Below, piece by piece: positions 37,716 through 47,792 of a DNA stretch of 64,000 bases. The notes beneath the pieces were generated by a model. That model did not search any database. It saw only the letters and a list, made by a program, of their open reading frames with translations, and was not told the origin of the DNA. This DNA comes from a virus: the IMG/VR virus record IMGVR_UViG_3300044797_000394, positions 92,163-156,162 of that record, one strand, 5' to 3'. The translations under genes were made by a program, and so were the position numbers. Numbering within the stretch: position 1 is the stretch's first letter; the number at the start of each line of letters is the position of its first letter.

Positions 37716-37933
37716 AGTACATTGGGGTCACTGCGGAGTGTGCTTGGGCGTGTGGTCCCGATGTGCTCGTATGCGTCGGAGAGTTGCCTTTTCCTGTGAT
37801 TGAGGTGGACGAGGGCTACTCCTTCGGCATCTCCTCCGAACAGGCGAGGGTGTTGGCGGCGGAGCTTGTACACTGCGCCGATAGGGCCGATGAGTTGAAC
37901 CGTGAGTATGAGGAGTTGACCAAGCCCAAGTGA
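37712..37933 (+). CDS. hypothetical protein
   Basis: ATGA overlap with ATPase. Confidence 0.5.
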   Translation: MKYIGVTAECAWACGPDVLVCVGELPFPVIEVDEGYSFGISSEQARVLAAELVHCADRADELNREYEELTKPK

Positions 37934-38298
37934 GAGAATAGGGCGAAATTGTACTCGTGAAATGTGCAGTTAGAATCGAGCAGTTGTGGAACGGTCAGCC
38001 ACCCCACATCGATGCCCGGCTCCCCTTGCGTAGGCTCCCCCTCCCATTCAAGGATGCGGTAGCACCAAGCGTTCCTGCCGTCTACGCTATCGAGGCGCTC
38101 GTAAAGGAACACAAGCCTCACAACGATGATTCGAATCTCCTCGAGAAGTTCTCGACGGACGGCCGCTTCGGGACTCTCATCCGTAGGGTCGATCTTACCC
38201 CCTGGTAGGCCCCAGTCGCCCGGCTTGTTTCTCCGGGTCACCCCACAAAATAACCCGTCCCTCTCGAGAAGCCCCACTACAGAAAACGGCGTTGCCAT
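37816..38298 (-). CDS. NUDIX hydrolase
   Basis: WGLPGGKIDPTDESPEAAVRRELLEE; CGGTGTA (38310-38316, minus) 11 nt upstream. Confidence 0.88.
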   Translation of the reverse strand: MATPFSVVGLLERDGLFCGVTRRNKPGDWGLPGGKIDPTDESPEAAVRRELLEEIRIIVVRLVFLYERLDSVDGRNAWCYRILEWEGEPTQGEPGIDVGWLTVPQLLDSNCTFHEYNFALFSHLGLVNSSYSRFNSSALSAQCTSSAANTLACSEEMPKE

Positions 38299-38339
38299 GA
38301 CTTGACTTCTACACCGAGTTGGGGTAGTTTCGTGAGACC

Positions 38340-38642
38340 ATGTTCGTGTTCCACAAGAAAGAGGAACTCCCCCGGTTGACTTACGGCGAGAATGAGCGTC
38401 CGAAGTATGCCTTTTGTGAGGCGTCGACCGTAACGACGGCATCTCCGTGGCACATCCGTCCAGTTCCCGAGGGCATCCTCAAGCTCGGTGGGGGAATCAC
38501 GACGTCCTCTCTCTGCGGTCGAGTCAAGGGAATCCACGAAAGTCGGAACGGTTGGGATCTTCGAGTGCGAATTACCGACGAACACTTGACCCACTGCTGT
38601 CAAACCTGCGCTGAGATATACCGAGGCCTTCCTGATAAGTGA
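38340..38642 (+). CDS. hypothetical Zn-binding protein
   Basis: WHIR...SLCG...CQTC. Confidence 0.55.
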   Translation: MFVFHKKEELPRLTYGENERPKYAFCEASTVTTASPWHIRPVPEGILKLGGGITTSSLCGRVKGIHESRNGWDLRVRITDEHLTHCCQTCAEIYRGLPDK

Positions 38643-38644
38643 AG

Positions 38645-38941
38645 TTACTTCCCAGGGGGCTTCAGTGGTCGGTTCTTGACCAGTTCGTCATAAGGACTCG
38701 CCGTCACCCCGTTAGGCTTTGACGGCAACTTTTTGAACTTAGACGGTTTCGCATCATCCAGCTTCAGCTTGTTGTAGATTTCGTCGGCCCACATGCGTTG
38801 GGGCGGCGTGAGACGGATCTGCCCATTTTCCAACGCGTTGAACATCGAACGGAAAGCCCGCTCCTCGTCCAGAGTCACTTTACCGGACAAAAGGAGGGCG
38901 GATAGGGTTTGTCTGTCGGAACGTCCTGGTTTTAATGCCAT
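38645..38941 (-). CDS. hypothetical protein
   Basis: Minus-strand run. Confidence 0.5.
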   Translation of the reverse strand: MALKPGRSDRQTLSALLLSGKVTLDEERAFRSMFNALENGQIRLTPPQRMWADEIYNKLKLDDAKPSKFKKLPSKPNGVTASPYDELVKNRPLKPPGK

Positions 38942-38964
38942 CGTTCCGAGACATACACCGTCTC

Positions 38965-39381
38965 CTAGGATGCGAGGGCAGCGGCATCCAACATGATCTT
39001 CCAGTTGTTTTGGAGTTGGGAGTAGGACAAAAGCTTCTCTTGGGGGAAGGACTGCCAAAACGAATAAATCTCGGAACCCAGTTCCTCGATGTTTTGGTCT
39101 TGCCCAGGACGAAGATCGATTCCGTGGACGATCAGGTGTTGCTTGCCATTCTCATCCGTGTGAACGATCTGAATAGCGAGTCCCTCCCGAACGAAGACAA
39201 CGTTGATGGGCGCCTCCCCGACTAGATGGTCAAGGGGGACCCCATAATCAGCGAGGACTCGGTCACGGTAGGACGTAGGGATGGCAAGGACCTTGAGTGG
39301 ATCGTTCAGCACTCGAAGCATCTGAATGGGACCGTTGCGATCCGCGGCCATCTTGCGAAGGACCTTTTTGATATCCGACAT
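38965..39381 (-). CDS. hypothetical protein
   Basis: Minus-strand run. Confidence 0.6.
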   Translation of the reverse strand: MSDIKKVLRKMAADRNGPIQMLRVLNDPLKVLAIPTSYRDRVLADYGVPLDHLVGEAPINVVFVREGLAIQIVHTDENGKQHLIVHGIDLRPGQDQNIEELGSEIYSFWQSFPQEKLLSYSQLQNNWKIMLDAAALAS

Positions 39382-39390
39382 TTCCCCAGT

Positions 39391-39630
39391 TTAGGTCAGA
39401 GCGTTCATGATGGCAAGAAGGCGTTTGACGGATACCTCGATATCCGAGAGGTCTTCCTTTGGACCGCTCAGATTCCCGAGGGCCATGACCACGGGGGATA
39501 GGGCGTTGCGCACCTCGGAGACGAGGAGTCGAGTTTGGTTCTGATTGAGATCCAACTGTCGTGCTACCTTCGCAGCATGAGCTTTCAGATCGGCGCTTGT
39601 ACTACCTTGGGGACTGGAGGGGGTGTCCAT
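39391..39630 (-). CDS. hypothetical protein
   Basis: Minus-strand run. Confidence 0.55.
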   Translation of the reverse strand: MDTPSSPQGSTSADLKAHAAKVARQLDLNQNQTRLLVSEVRNALSPVVMALGNLSGPKEDLSDIEVSVKRLLAIMNALT

Positions 39631-39636
39631 CTGAAT

Positions 39637-39876
39637 TCACCAGGGAAAGAGTTCGTCGACAACCGTCGGGAGAGGATCGAGAGCAGGAATCGTGCCCATC
39701 GGCAGATGGCGGCGTTCTTCGAGCCACGTCAAAAAGTTGACGGGGACGGGACAGTCCCTCATCTCTCGCTCGAAGATTTCAAGGGACTCGTCGAATCCCG
39801 GATCCACGAGGAGGGCGCCGATCAATTCGTCGGAGGTGATTTTGTGGTAGTCCACCAAAGTCGCCGCGATGTCCAT
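39637..39876 (-). CDS. hypothetical protein
   Basis: Minus-strand run. Confidence 0.5.
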   Translation of the reverse strand: MDIAATLVDYHKITSDELIGALLVDPGFDESLEIFEREMRDCPVPVNFLTWLEERRHLPMGTIPALDPLPTVVDELFPW

Positions 39877-39967
39877 GGTTGTAGTAATTACCCGGAGCCC
39901 GGATAGTTCAAGCCTTTTTTGAAACAATGTTCACCGACTCGGTGTAAGAATGGGGTGAGGGTCCACC

Positions 39968-40498
39968 ATGAGGATGCTGGTCGTTATGCATGCGGTGGAG
40001 CGGTACCAGGACCGGTGGGTACCTCACCTTACATTTAGAGAGGCTCGGAGAGAGCTCGTGGCTCTTTTCCACGGGGCGCGACCGACGCGGCGAAAGACCC
40101 GCACGGGGGAGGAGCTCTGGACCGTATCGGCACCCGTAAAGATTTTGCTCGTCGTAAAGCGCGATCCGGACGGCACATGCGTTTGTGTTACCGTGCTGCC
40201 AGAAGGTGCGAACGAGGGGAACGCCGGGCTACGCGCGGAAGAGTACCTAGAATACCAGGAAGACCGCGCCATCGAGAACCTGCGGATTCTTCGGCTCTGC
40301 GACCGACTCTGCCAGAAGTGTGAGTCCGAGAGGGCAGTTCGATACAATCCCCGCGTCAAGCAGAAGTGGTGCGACATCTGCTACCAAGCTGCGAAAAAAG
40401 CGGCTCCCCAAAAGCTCGGGTGGGTGCCCCTAATCGAGGAGTGGGAGAAGTTCGAGCGAACGACCCGCGTGGCGCAGGTGATGGAGGAGGCCAAGTGA
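39968..40498 (+). CDS. hypothetical protein
   Basis: HAVERYQDR...CVTVL motif plus CxxC pairs; CGGTGTA 39940-39946. Confidence 0.6.
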   Translation: MRMLVVMHAVERYQDRWVPHLTFREARRELVALFHGARPTRRKTRTGEELWTVSAPVKILLVVKRDPDGTCVCVTVLPEGANEGNAGLRAEEYLEYQEDRAIENLRILRLCDRLCQKCESERAVRYNPRVKQKWCDICYQAAKKAAPQKLGWVPLIEEWEKFERTTRVAQVMEEAK

Positions 40499-40974
40499 GA
40501 CCTACAGGGGGGAAGATCATTTTCCTTGACTTCGACGGAGTTCTCAACAACTCCCCCTTTCTGTACAGCCGGGATAGAAAGAGGCGGGGTCCGAACGACG
40601 ACATCGACGAAAAGAACGTGGAGGAGTTGAACTGGCTGATCAAACAGAGCGGGGCCTGGGTCGTCGTGTCATCGATTTGGCGAATGAATCGGTCCCGAGT
40701 GCAGCTCCAGGAAACTCTCGCAGAGAAGGGCTTCAAGGGCACCGTTCTCAGTGCCACGCCTGACCTCGATCACGTTCCCAACATCACGAGGGGTCAAGAG
40801 ATTGACGCTTGGATGCGAGGAAACCGTCGGTTTTTTGACGTGACGTCGTTCGTGATCTTGGACGACCATGACGACATGGGTCCCCTCACGCCCAAACTTG
40901 TCCTCACCGATAGCAGTCGGGGTCTGACGAGGGTCGAGGCAGAACTCGCGCTTGAGATTCTTGGAGCGGTGTAG
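40495..40974 (+). CDS. HAD-superfamily domain protein (RNA-repair type)
   Basis: IIFLDFDGVLN, VVSSIWR, RGQEIDAW, FVILDD. Confidence 0.85.
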   Translation: MRPTGGKIIFLDFDGVLNNSPFLYSRDRKRRGPNDDIDEKNVEELNWLIKQSGAWVVVSSIWRMNRSRVQLQETLAEKGFKGTVLSATPDLDHVPNITRGQEIDAWMRGNRRFFDVTSFVILDDHDDMGPLTPKLVLTDSSRGLTRVEAELALEILGAV

Positions 40975-40984
40975 TAGTAGCGCT

Positions 40985-41941
40985 ATGCGTCTACACGGGG
41001 CAGAGTGGCCACACGTCTATAACTCGAGTGGGGCGAGGGGGTTCTTCGGTGAGGGTTACTGGTACCACCGGCTCTGGAAACATCTCGGACTCAATTACGA
41101 GGGGTCTTGCTTCGTTGCGAAGACAACGACCCTCTGCTCTCGCAAAGGGAACATGCCCTTAGATTCAGAACAGCGACCTAAGGAATTAGTCCCCAAATGC
41201 ATCGTGGTGAAACCCTTGAAAGGAGTCGTGCTCAACTCCGTGGGTTTGTCAGGTCCTGGAGCCGATTGCCTCATTGACAAGTGGAGTGAGGCGCCGCCCG
41301 ATGCCCGCTGGATGGTTTCCTTCATGTCCGTCGCCCCAACCTCATCGGAGCGGATTCATGAGGCAAAGCTGTTCTTCGAAAAGCTTCAGAAGCTCATCCG
41401 TCAGTGCGGGGTCATGAACCTGGGGTTGCAGATCAATGTATCATGTCCCAATGTAGGCCACGTCTTGAGTGAACTCATGCTTGAGGTAGAGCACACGCTG
41501 GACCTCGCAAGTGACTTGGGGATCCCGGTTCTTGTGAAAGTCAATGCCCTTCTTCGGCCCGGCGAAGCGATACGACTCACCGACCACCCCGCGTGCGATG
41601 GACTCATTGTTTCCAATTCCATACCCTGGGGAGGTCTTGGGGATAAAATCCCATGGCGAAAGCTATTCGGGACCGATGTCTCTCCGTTGGCGAATATAGG
41701 GGGCGGGGGCTTATCAGGCGCACCTCTGCTCCGTATAGTCGGAGAGTGGATCACGGCTGCCAAGCGTCTTGGAGTGAAAAAGCCCATCGTAGGTGGGGGC
41801 GGCATTTTATCGACTGACGATGCGTCGTACATGTTAGATTGCGGTGCCGACGCAATTGAAATCGGCTCGGTCTCAATCCTCCGACCCTGGCGAGTTCAGG
41901 GCATCATTCGCTACGTCAACACTCGACTCGGGTACATGTGA
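40985..41941 (+). CDS. pyrD: dihydroorotate dehydrogenase
   Basis: AKTTT, RKGN, NSVGLSGPG, INVSCPN, GGLSG, GGGGI; CGGTGTA 11 nt upstream. Confidence 0.85.
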   Translation: MRLHGAEWPHVYNSSGARGFFGEGYWYHRLWKHLGLNYEGSCFVAKTTTLCSRKGNMPLDSEQRPKELVPKCIVVKPLKGVVLNSVGLSGPGADCLIDKWSEAPPDARWMVSFMSVAPTSSERIHEAKLFFEKLQKLIRQCGVMNLGLQINVSCPNVGHVLSELMLEVEHTLDLASDLGIPVLVKVNALLRPGEAIRLTDHPACDGLIVSNSIPWGGLGDKIPWRKLFGTDVSPLANIGGGGLSGAPLLRIVGEWITAAKRLGVKKPIVGGGGILSTDDASYMLDCGADAIEIGSVSILRPWRVQGIIRYVNTRLGYM

Positions 41942-41942
41942 A

Positions 41943-42308
41943 ATGTCCTGTAGCAATCGTTTAGTCGACCTAATTCTGAAGGATGTCAACCAGTCAGTAG
42001 TGAACGACTGCTTCAAGGGGATCGGGGATTCTGTTCTAGACGATTATGAAATGTTTCAAAGTGCCCTCGACGAGGCCCAGGAATTGTTGGGACGTCCTGT
42101 AAAGCTCGATGAAATCCTGGATTGTCCGAACATTCGGAGTACGGACAAGCCCCTCGTGGCATCTCTGCTCCTCGACGGACCTCCTCTACCTACTGGAAGG
42201 ATCACATATCCCTATCGACGGGATATGTTTCTGCTGCCGCCCCCAATCCCAGCTAGGAAAACCGGTCTCCTAGACAAACTTGTACAATTTTTCAAGAGGG
42301 TACTATGA
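41943..42308 (+). CDS. hypothetical protein
   Basis: Between pyrD and pyrC; ATGA overlap. Confidence 0.55.
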   Translation: MSCSNRLVDLILKDVNQSVVNDCFKGIGDSVLDDYEMFQSALDEAQELLGRPVKLDEILDCPNIRSTDKPLVASLLLDGPPLPTGRITYPYRRDMFLLPPPIPARKTGLLDKLVQFFKRVL

Positions 42309-43312
42309 GCTCCTTCAGTACATCGATCCGCAAGCCCATTGACTTTCACGTTCACTTGCGAGACGGGGACATGTTGAAAGCAATGGTCCCTCACACTTCC
42401 AGGCATTTCAGTCGGGCGCTCGTGATGCCAAACACGACGAAGCCCATCTTGACGGCGGAGGATGTCAAGCGGTACCGAAACGAGATCAACAGTATTGACA
42501 AGGACTTCATCGCTGACATGACGGTCAAACTGACCGGGAAAACGACGGCCGACACCATCAAAGAGGCCAAAGACGTCATCATCGCTGCAAAACTCTACCC
42601 CGAGGGGGTGACAACCAACTCGGAAGATGGCATCCGTTCCATTCGAGACCTCTTCCCCGTACTCAAAGCGATGCAGGACTACGATAGAGTCCTTTGCATC
42701 CATGGGGAGATGCCAGGGGTCTTTACCTTGGACCGAGAAGCGGCGTACTTCGAAACCGTGACGGAGATCTCCGACAACTTCCCCCGTCTGCGGATCGTTC
42801 TCGAACACATTACAACTGCTGCCGCCGTTGGATTTGTTGCCTCGATGCCCTCGAACGTCGCGGCAACTATCACGGTTCACCATTTGTTCCTGACTTTGGA
42901 CGACGTCATTGGCGGTTCCCTGAGGCCCCACCTCTTCTGTAAGCCGGTTGCGAAGAGAGCTGAAGACCGAGCCGCCCTTGTGAGAGCGGCGCTAAACGGC
43001 AACCCAAAGTTCTTTCTGGGCACGGACTCGGCTCCCCACCTGGTCGGAAAAAAGGAGTGCTCGAGCGGTTGTGCTGGCGTCTTCACCGCTCCCGTAGCCA
43101 TGAGCTGCTTGGCAGAGTTGTTTTTCACCAACGGAAGGCTCACATATCTAGAAGATTTTACCTCTACCTTCGGTGCTCGATTCTACGGCCTGAGTCGTCC
43201 GGGAAACAGAATCGAAATCGTTCGGGAGTTCTGGCGGGTCCCTGACCAGTACGACGGCGTCGTGCCATTCCGAGCGGGAGAACCGCTCGAGTGGACCGTC
43301 AAAGTAAATTGA
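42305..43312 (+). CDS. pyrC: dihydroorotase (type II)
   Basis: DFHVHLRDG, VMPN, KLYPEGVTTNS, LEHITT, FLGTDSAPH. Confidence 0.95.
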   Translation: MSSFSTSIRKPIDFHVHLRDGDMLKAMVPHTSRHFSRALVMPNTTKPILTAEDVKRYRNEINSIDKDFIADMTVKLTGKTTADTIKEAKDVIIAAKLYPEGVTTNSEDGIRSIRDLFPVLKAMQDYDRVLCIHGEMPGVFTLDREAAYFETVTEISDNFPRLRIVLEHITTAAAVGFVASMPSNVAATITVHHLFLTLDDVIGGSLRPHLFCKPVAKRAEDRAALVRAALNGNPKFFLGTDSAPHLVGKKECSSGCAGVFTAPVAMSCLAELFFTNGRLTYLEDFTSTFGARFYGLSRPGNRIEIVREFWRVPDQYDGVVPFRAGEPLEWTVKVN

Positions 43313-43317
43313 ATCCA

Positions 43318-43608
43318 ATGGGTACGTTTCCGCCTCGCAACAGGAGTGTGATCGAAGTTCCAATGACGTGCCGGCATGGCCGACACGTCTACTCGTCTTG
43401 CGACACCTGCGACCAAGTGGACCCCCTCAACTCCGCCTTGAATCATGCAGAGGAGTACATGAGATTGATCCTCCAAGGTCGCGAGGTGAGTACGAAAGAG
43501 ATAGAGGATCTCCTCACCTTTATCAAAGCTCTTCGTGACGGACAGGACGAGGCGGGGCTGTACAACCCCCTCGATGATATCCCGGAGGCTTTCACACGTT
43601 CGGTGTAG
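43318..43608 (+). CDS. hypothetical protein
   Basis: CRHG..CDTC; acidic tail. Confidence 0.5.
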   Translation: MGTFPPRNRSVIEVPMTCRHGRHVYSSCDTCDQVDPLNSALNHAEEYMRLILQGREVSTKEIEDLLTFIKALRDGQDEAGLYNPLDDIPEAFTRSV

Positions 43609-43617
43609 AGATAGGGT

Positions 43618-43821
43618 ATGGGTCGAGCTCTCGTCTTTCTCTTTTTCACATTGTTCGTTTTGTGCACCCTGGGGATCCTTTCGGTTTCTGTGCTTGAGTT
43701 CCTGTATGGAGCCAAACGAAACTCGATGCTCAACACAATGTGTGCCATTCCTTTTTGCGTCATGACGGTCAAGTTCTACGACCTCTTCCAGTACTTTCCA
43801 CGCTCACGAGGAAAAGCATGA
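43618..43821 (+). CDS. small membrane protein
   Basis: Hydrophobic; CGGTGTA 43601-43607 10 nt upstream. Confidence 0.6.
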   Translation: MGRALVFLFFTLFVLCTLGILSVSVLEFLYGAKRNSMLNTMCAIPFCVMTVKFYDLFQYFPRSRGKA

Positions 43822-44450
43822 ATCCCACCGTTTTTGGACTGACCGGAGGAATCGCCAGCGGTAAGAGCACGGTCTCGAAAGTTTTCGCCAGGCGGGGGAT
43901 TCCCATTGTCGACGCCGACGAGATAGCTCACCTGATCGTGCGCCCCGGTATGCCAGCTCTCAAAGCTCTTGTGAAAGAATTCGGGGACGGTATTCTGACG
44001 AACGACGGAGAGATGGATCGCCAGAAGGTGGGTTCGATGGTCTTCGGGAACCCAAAGGAGATGGCCCGTTTGAACTACACAATCGGACCGTATCTCCGGG
44101 CCGCCTGTCAACTTAGGATCGAAAAGAAGCTCAGTGAGGGGCATGACCTCGTTTGCTTCGATGCACCTCTCCTGATCGAGAAGGGGCTGCAATCTCTCTA
44201 TCGCCCCGTTGTGGTCGTCTACTGCGAGGTAGAGACTCAGATCCGACGTATGAAAACTCGAAACGGCCTAACGGAAGAGGAGGCTCGAGCTCGTATCGCC
44301 TCCCAGGCTACGCACGATCAACGATTGTGGCACGCCGACTTTCTGATCAGCACCGACAACACAATGGAAGAGACGGCCATCTTGGCCAATCAAGTACTCG
44401 ACCGGGTCATCAGTTGGTGCCGCAGGTCTCGCAAACCACTGATGTGGTAA
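43818..44450 (+). CDS. coaE: dephospho-CoA kinase
   Basis: GLTGGIASGKSTV, VDADEIA, DAPLLIE, ARARIASQ. Confidence 0.93.
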   Translation: MNPTVFGLTGGIASGKSTVSKVFARRGIPIVDADEIAHLIVRPGMPALKALVKEFGDGILTNDGEMDRQKVGSMVFGNPKEMARLNYTIGPYLRAACQLRIEKKLSEGHDLVCFDAPLLIEKGLQSLYRPVVVVYCEVETQIRRMKTRNGLTEEEARARIASQATHDQRLWHADFLISTDNTMEETAILANQVLDRVISWCRRSRKPLMW

Positions 44451-44492
44451 GATTCCCAAATGTAGCCCCTCCATGGAAGACGAGTAGGACCC

Positions 44493-44951
44493 ATGATGTT
44501 CACAGTTCGAAATCGAGGAGACGCCGAGGCGGCACCCCAGTGTGATAAGCCACACGCATTCGTTAGTATTCGCTCTCCTGAGGATCGTAAGGCGAACCTA
44601 CCAATCAATGAGCACACCCTGGGAGCCTTGTTCCTTGAGTTCAGTGACGCGGACGTTCCTAAAGAAGGTGTGACCCTCTTTACGTCTGAGCTGGCAAAGG
44701 AAGTTTTGGACTTCGCCATTGACATGCGGCGGAAAAACGTGGAGGAGCTCTATTTCAACTGCAACATGGGTCGGAGTCGTTCGCCCGCCGTAGCCGCTGC
44801 CATCGCCCTCACGGTGTTTGACGATGCCGAAGCGGAGAAAGAGTTCTTTCGCCGGTATACCCCCAACATGCTTGTCTATCGCAGCATTTGTAGTGCCTAC
44901 ATGCTGATGCTCGACGAGTCCTCCCCACTTACGAATTCCGATGTTGTGTAA
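44493..44951 (+). CDS. Cys-based protein tyrosine/dual-specificity phosphatase
   Basis: CNMGRSRS (Cx5R), FSDAD, PNMLVY. Confidence 0.85.
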   Translation: MMFTVRNRGDAEAAPQCDKPHAFVSIRSPEDRKANLPINEHTLGALFLEFSDADVPKEGVTLFTSELAKEVLDFAIDMRRKNVEELYFNCNMGRSRSPAVAAAIALTVFDDAEAEKEFFRRYTPNMLVYRSICSAYMLMLDESSPLTNSDVV

Positions 44952-45267
44952 CAAATGCGTGTTGCATGAATTGTGCAACACCGTGCAACATGAGGGTGGC
45001 AAGGTTTACGTCGAGGACCCCGACGAGTATGGGGTCAGCATCTACGTCATCCCCAAAGGGGCTAAACCGGACATCAAACTGAGACGGGACGGGACGGTCG
45101 GACCACAACGGAAACTCTGGCTAAACGAGATTCCGGACAAGTGCACATGCGGAGAGGAAGTAACGTGCACACTCGATCTGACGTGGAAGCCCACGGCTCA
45201 AACCGAGATGCACGTTATAGTGAACGACGGACCCATCGAACGACGTGAGCACCTCAACCTGTTGTGA
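44941..45267 (+). CDS. hypothetical protein
   Basis: Overlaps upstream stop. Confidence 0.5.
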   Translation: MLCNKCVLHELCNTVQHEGGKVYVEDPDEYGVSIYVIPKGAKPDIKLRRDGTVGPQRKLWLNEIPDKCTCGEEVTCTLDLTWKPTAQTEMHVIVNDGPIERREHLNLL

Positions 45268-46678
45268 GGTAAGCGGACTCCAAGTTTCGAATGTATGGTT
45301 TCGCATCGAAGCCGCCGTTCATGTCCGATAGATCCGCGAACGAATACCTACCCCCGTGTTGATAGACGCGATCCTGGAGGTACGTTCGAATGTTCTCGGG
45401 GGAATCTTTGGGCGAAGATTCCCAGAGTTGAGCCGCGAATGCCGCTCCAATGATGTAGCACGGGAAGTATCCGAATAGACCGCTCGGCCAGTGGGTATCC
45501 TGAAGAACCCCTTCGCGTCGATCCTCTTTAGGCTCCCGTCCGAGGTAGGACTTGCAGAGCTCGTTGAATCGGCCTTTCATGTCTTTCACTTCGAGCCCGT
45601 TCTCGAAAAGGTCTCGCTCGAGTTCGTAGCGGATGAGAATGTGTAGACCGTAATCAAGGTTTCCCGACTGGAGCCGAATCAGATTCGATTGATCGTTGTG
45701 ACGGAAGTCCGCTAGTAAGTCGTTGGGGTGCGTGTAACGGTAACAGGTCATACTGGAAAAATCGTCAAACCATCGATTCCAGAACAAGTCGGACTGTCCG
45801 ACCATGCATTCCCAGAAGAGACTTTGGGACTCGTGAATCGAGGTGGAGTCTAGGGTGAAGAACCTCGTATGCTCCGCATTCTGTTCGTAGAGCGCGTGCC
45901 CCGCTTCATGAACCACGGCCTTTATGGTCCAGAGTGGATCCTTCGGCCTCAAAGAGGCGGCTATCCGTACATCATCCCGATGTACGCTCGCCATGAAAGG
46001 GTGCTCGGTCTCCGCAATCACGCCTCGATTGTAGTCGTAACCCATCCACTGAGTAACATTTTTGCAAAAGGCCAAAAGGGTAGGTTTCGTGGCCTGGAGG
46101 TGGCTCTTCGTCAAAAAAGAGGCTCGAGGACCGGGGTTGACCTGTTCTCGGATTCTCAAGAGTTCGGGCTTGATGGCGGGTACGATCTTGGTATCCAGAA
46201 ATTCCTGGGTCATACCAGGGTCAAAGCCGTCGAGTAGGCAGTCGTACGGCTTATACTCCGGATAGCAGGCGGCGTAGGAACGGTTCAAATGCACAAGCCT
46301 CTCGAGGAACGGTTGGACTTCCTCGAATGTAGTTGCATCGTGCCAAACGGAAGTTCCCTTAGAAGCCACTTCCGCCAGTTCGGACATGAGAGCCTCAGGC
46401 ACCTTCCTCATGTCCTCGTGCGTTTCTAGCCAGTACTTGCCAGCTTCTTTGAGTAGAGCGTCCTCTCCCGCTGCATAGATGGCGTTTTGAGCCAGTTCTC
46501 CTAGCTCCGGGCCGGTCATTTTTCGATGGATCTCGCGTTCGATGAGCGCCATCGCTCGAGCTCGACTGTCCGCCCCCTCGGTTGGCATGTATGTGTCCTG
46601 GTCCCAACTAAGTAGGCTCTGGATACCAGACAAGTCATTGACTTCTTGGATATACTCGAGAAAAGTTGTCATCTGCAT
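45254..46678 (-). CDS. M32 carboxypeptidase
   Basis: LSWDQDTYMP, HPF, HEAGHALYEQ, IHESQS, GVLQDTHW, GYFPCY. Confidence 0.93.
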   Translation of the reverse strand: MQMTTFLEYIQEVNDLSGIQSLLSWDQDTYMPTEGADSRARAMALIEREIHRKMTGPELGELAQNAIYAAGEDALLKEAGKYWLETHEDMRKVPEALMSELAEVASKGTSVWHDATTFEEVQPFLERLVHLNRSYAACYPEYKPYDCLLDGFDPGMTQEFLDTKIVPAIKPELLRIREQVNPGPRASFLTKSHLQATKPTLLAFCKNVTQWMGYDYNRGVIAETEHPFMASVHRDDVRIAASLRPKDPLWTIKAVVHEAGHALYEQNAEHTRFFTLDSTSIHESQSLFWECMVGQSDLFWNRWFDDFSSMTCYRYTHPNDLLADFRHNDQSNLIRLQSGNLDYGLHILIRYELERDLFENGLEVKDMKGRFNELCKSYLGREPKEDRREGVLQDTHWPSGLFGYFPCYIIGAAFAAQLWESSPKDSPENIRTYLQDRVYQHGGRYSFADLSDMNGGFDAKPYIRNLESAYLTTG

Positions 46679-47109
46679 AATTCCAAGTTGTCCTGAAGGT
46701 TTTCGAACATTTCTTTGAGTGGGCGGCATTCGTAGTCAGGTGGGGACGAATCTTCCACGCAATAACAAATCGCCTCACTGTCTGCAATCTGCCAATGCAC
46801 CACTCGAACCACCCTGTAGACAAAAGGCACCAAGTTCAAAAATTCTCCGACTACAGGGACGCGACTGAGTACGACTACTTCGTTGTGGTCCGTCACATCC
46901 AAACACGATATTGTTACACGAGTCCCTACCTCCACGAATTCCGGTGTGTGTCCCGATTTTTCGCTTTTGTCGCACGTACGACACTTAGATGGGGACGGCT
47001 TTACCCTTAATGGGTGATGTGGACCATTATCCGGTTCGATCATCGACCCACCGCACGAGATGCAGGGTATCCAGGTTTTTATGTACTTTTTCATGTTTAA
47101 CTCTCCCAA
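46669..47109 (-). CDS. hypothetical Zn-finger protein
   Basis: CISCGG...CRTC. Confidence 0.5.
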   Translation of the reverse strand: MGELNMKKYIKTWIPCISCGGSMIEPDNGPHHPLRVKPSPSKCRTCDKSEKSGHTPEFVEVGTRVTISCLDVTDHNEVVVLSRVPVVGEFLNLVPFVYRVVRVVHWQIADSEAICYCVEDSSPPDYECRPLKEMFENLQDNLELCR

Positions 47110-47504
47110 CTTTCGCCAACATTGAAGAGACCCTCAATCACCTCTTTGGACTCATGTTTGGGGCACAGGCGGAACATGCGAGTCCCGACTTCTCCGTACC
47201 GTTCGGTCCACTCAGCACAAACTTGACACCTGCGCTGTGTACCATTACAAGTGCCGAATCTGAGATTCGTGTCAAGGAGGTACTTCTTGTAGCAAGCCTG
47301 CGCTTCTTCCTCGGTTGCGTGACCGTCCGTATGGTAGTTTTCCTTGAGTTCAAGGTGCCTCTTCACCTCTTCTTCTGAGACCGCGTCGTCCTGGGTATAT
47401 TCGGTCCACTCGGTGCAATATCCGATGGGCCATATATGGTCGTTGTTTCGGCACGTGTAGTCAAACCGTCCCGAGCTGCGTTGACGAGCTTTAAGGTGAT
47501 TCAT
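47097..47504 (-). CDS. hypothetical protein
   Basis: CGGTGTA (47515-47521, minus) 10 nt upstream. Confidence 0.65.
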   Translation of the reverse strand: MNHLKARQRSSGRFDYTCRNNDHIWPIGYCTEWTEYTQDDAVSEEEVKRHLELKENYHTDGHATEEEAQACYKKYLLDTNLRFGTCNGTQRRCQVCAEWTERYGEVGTRMFRLCPKHESKEVIEGLFNVGESWES

Positions 47505-47585
47505 GACGCGCCCCTACACCGCATTTCGAAGTTCGTGGGGAAAATAAATCGTGACGACTCAACCGTCCCGGTGTATAGGTAGGGC

Positions 47586-47792
47586 ATGACCAAGAACAAG
47601 GTGTCTCGACGCGCAGAAAAGCAGTTGACCCGACGGCAGGCCGAGGATCTGATTGCCGGGAGTTCGGATCCGGCCTTTCTGGCAAAGCTTCAGTTTTCGG
47701 AACACAAAAACAAGCACGTGAAGGCGAAGGCGAAGTACAAGCTGGCGAAGCTCTCGGCCTCGGAATCGGCGGCGCCTACTGAAGCGGCTTAG
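47586..47792 (+). CDS. small basic protein
   Basis: CGGTGTA 47569-47575 10 nt upstream. Confidence 0.65.
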   Translation: MTKNKVSRRAEKQLTRRQAEDLIAGSSDPAFLAKLQFSEHKNKHVKAKAKYKLAKLSASESAAPTEAA

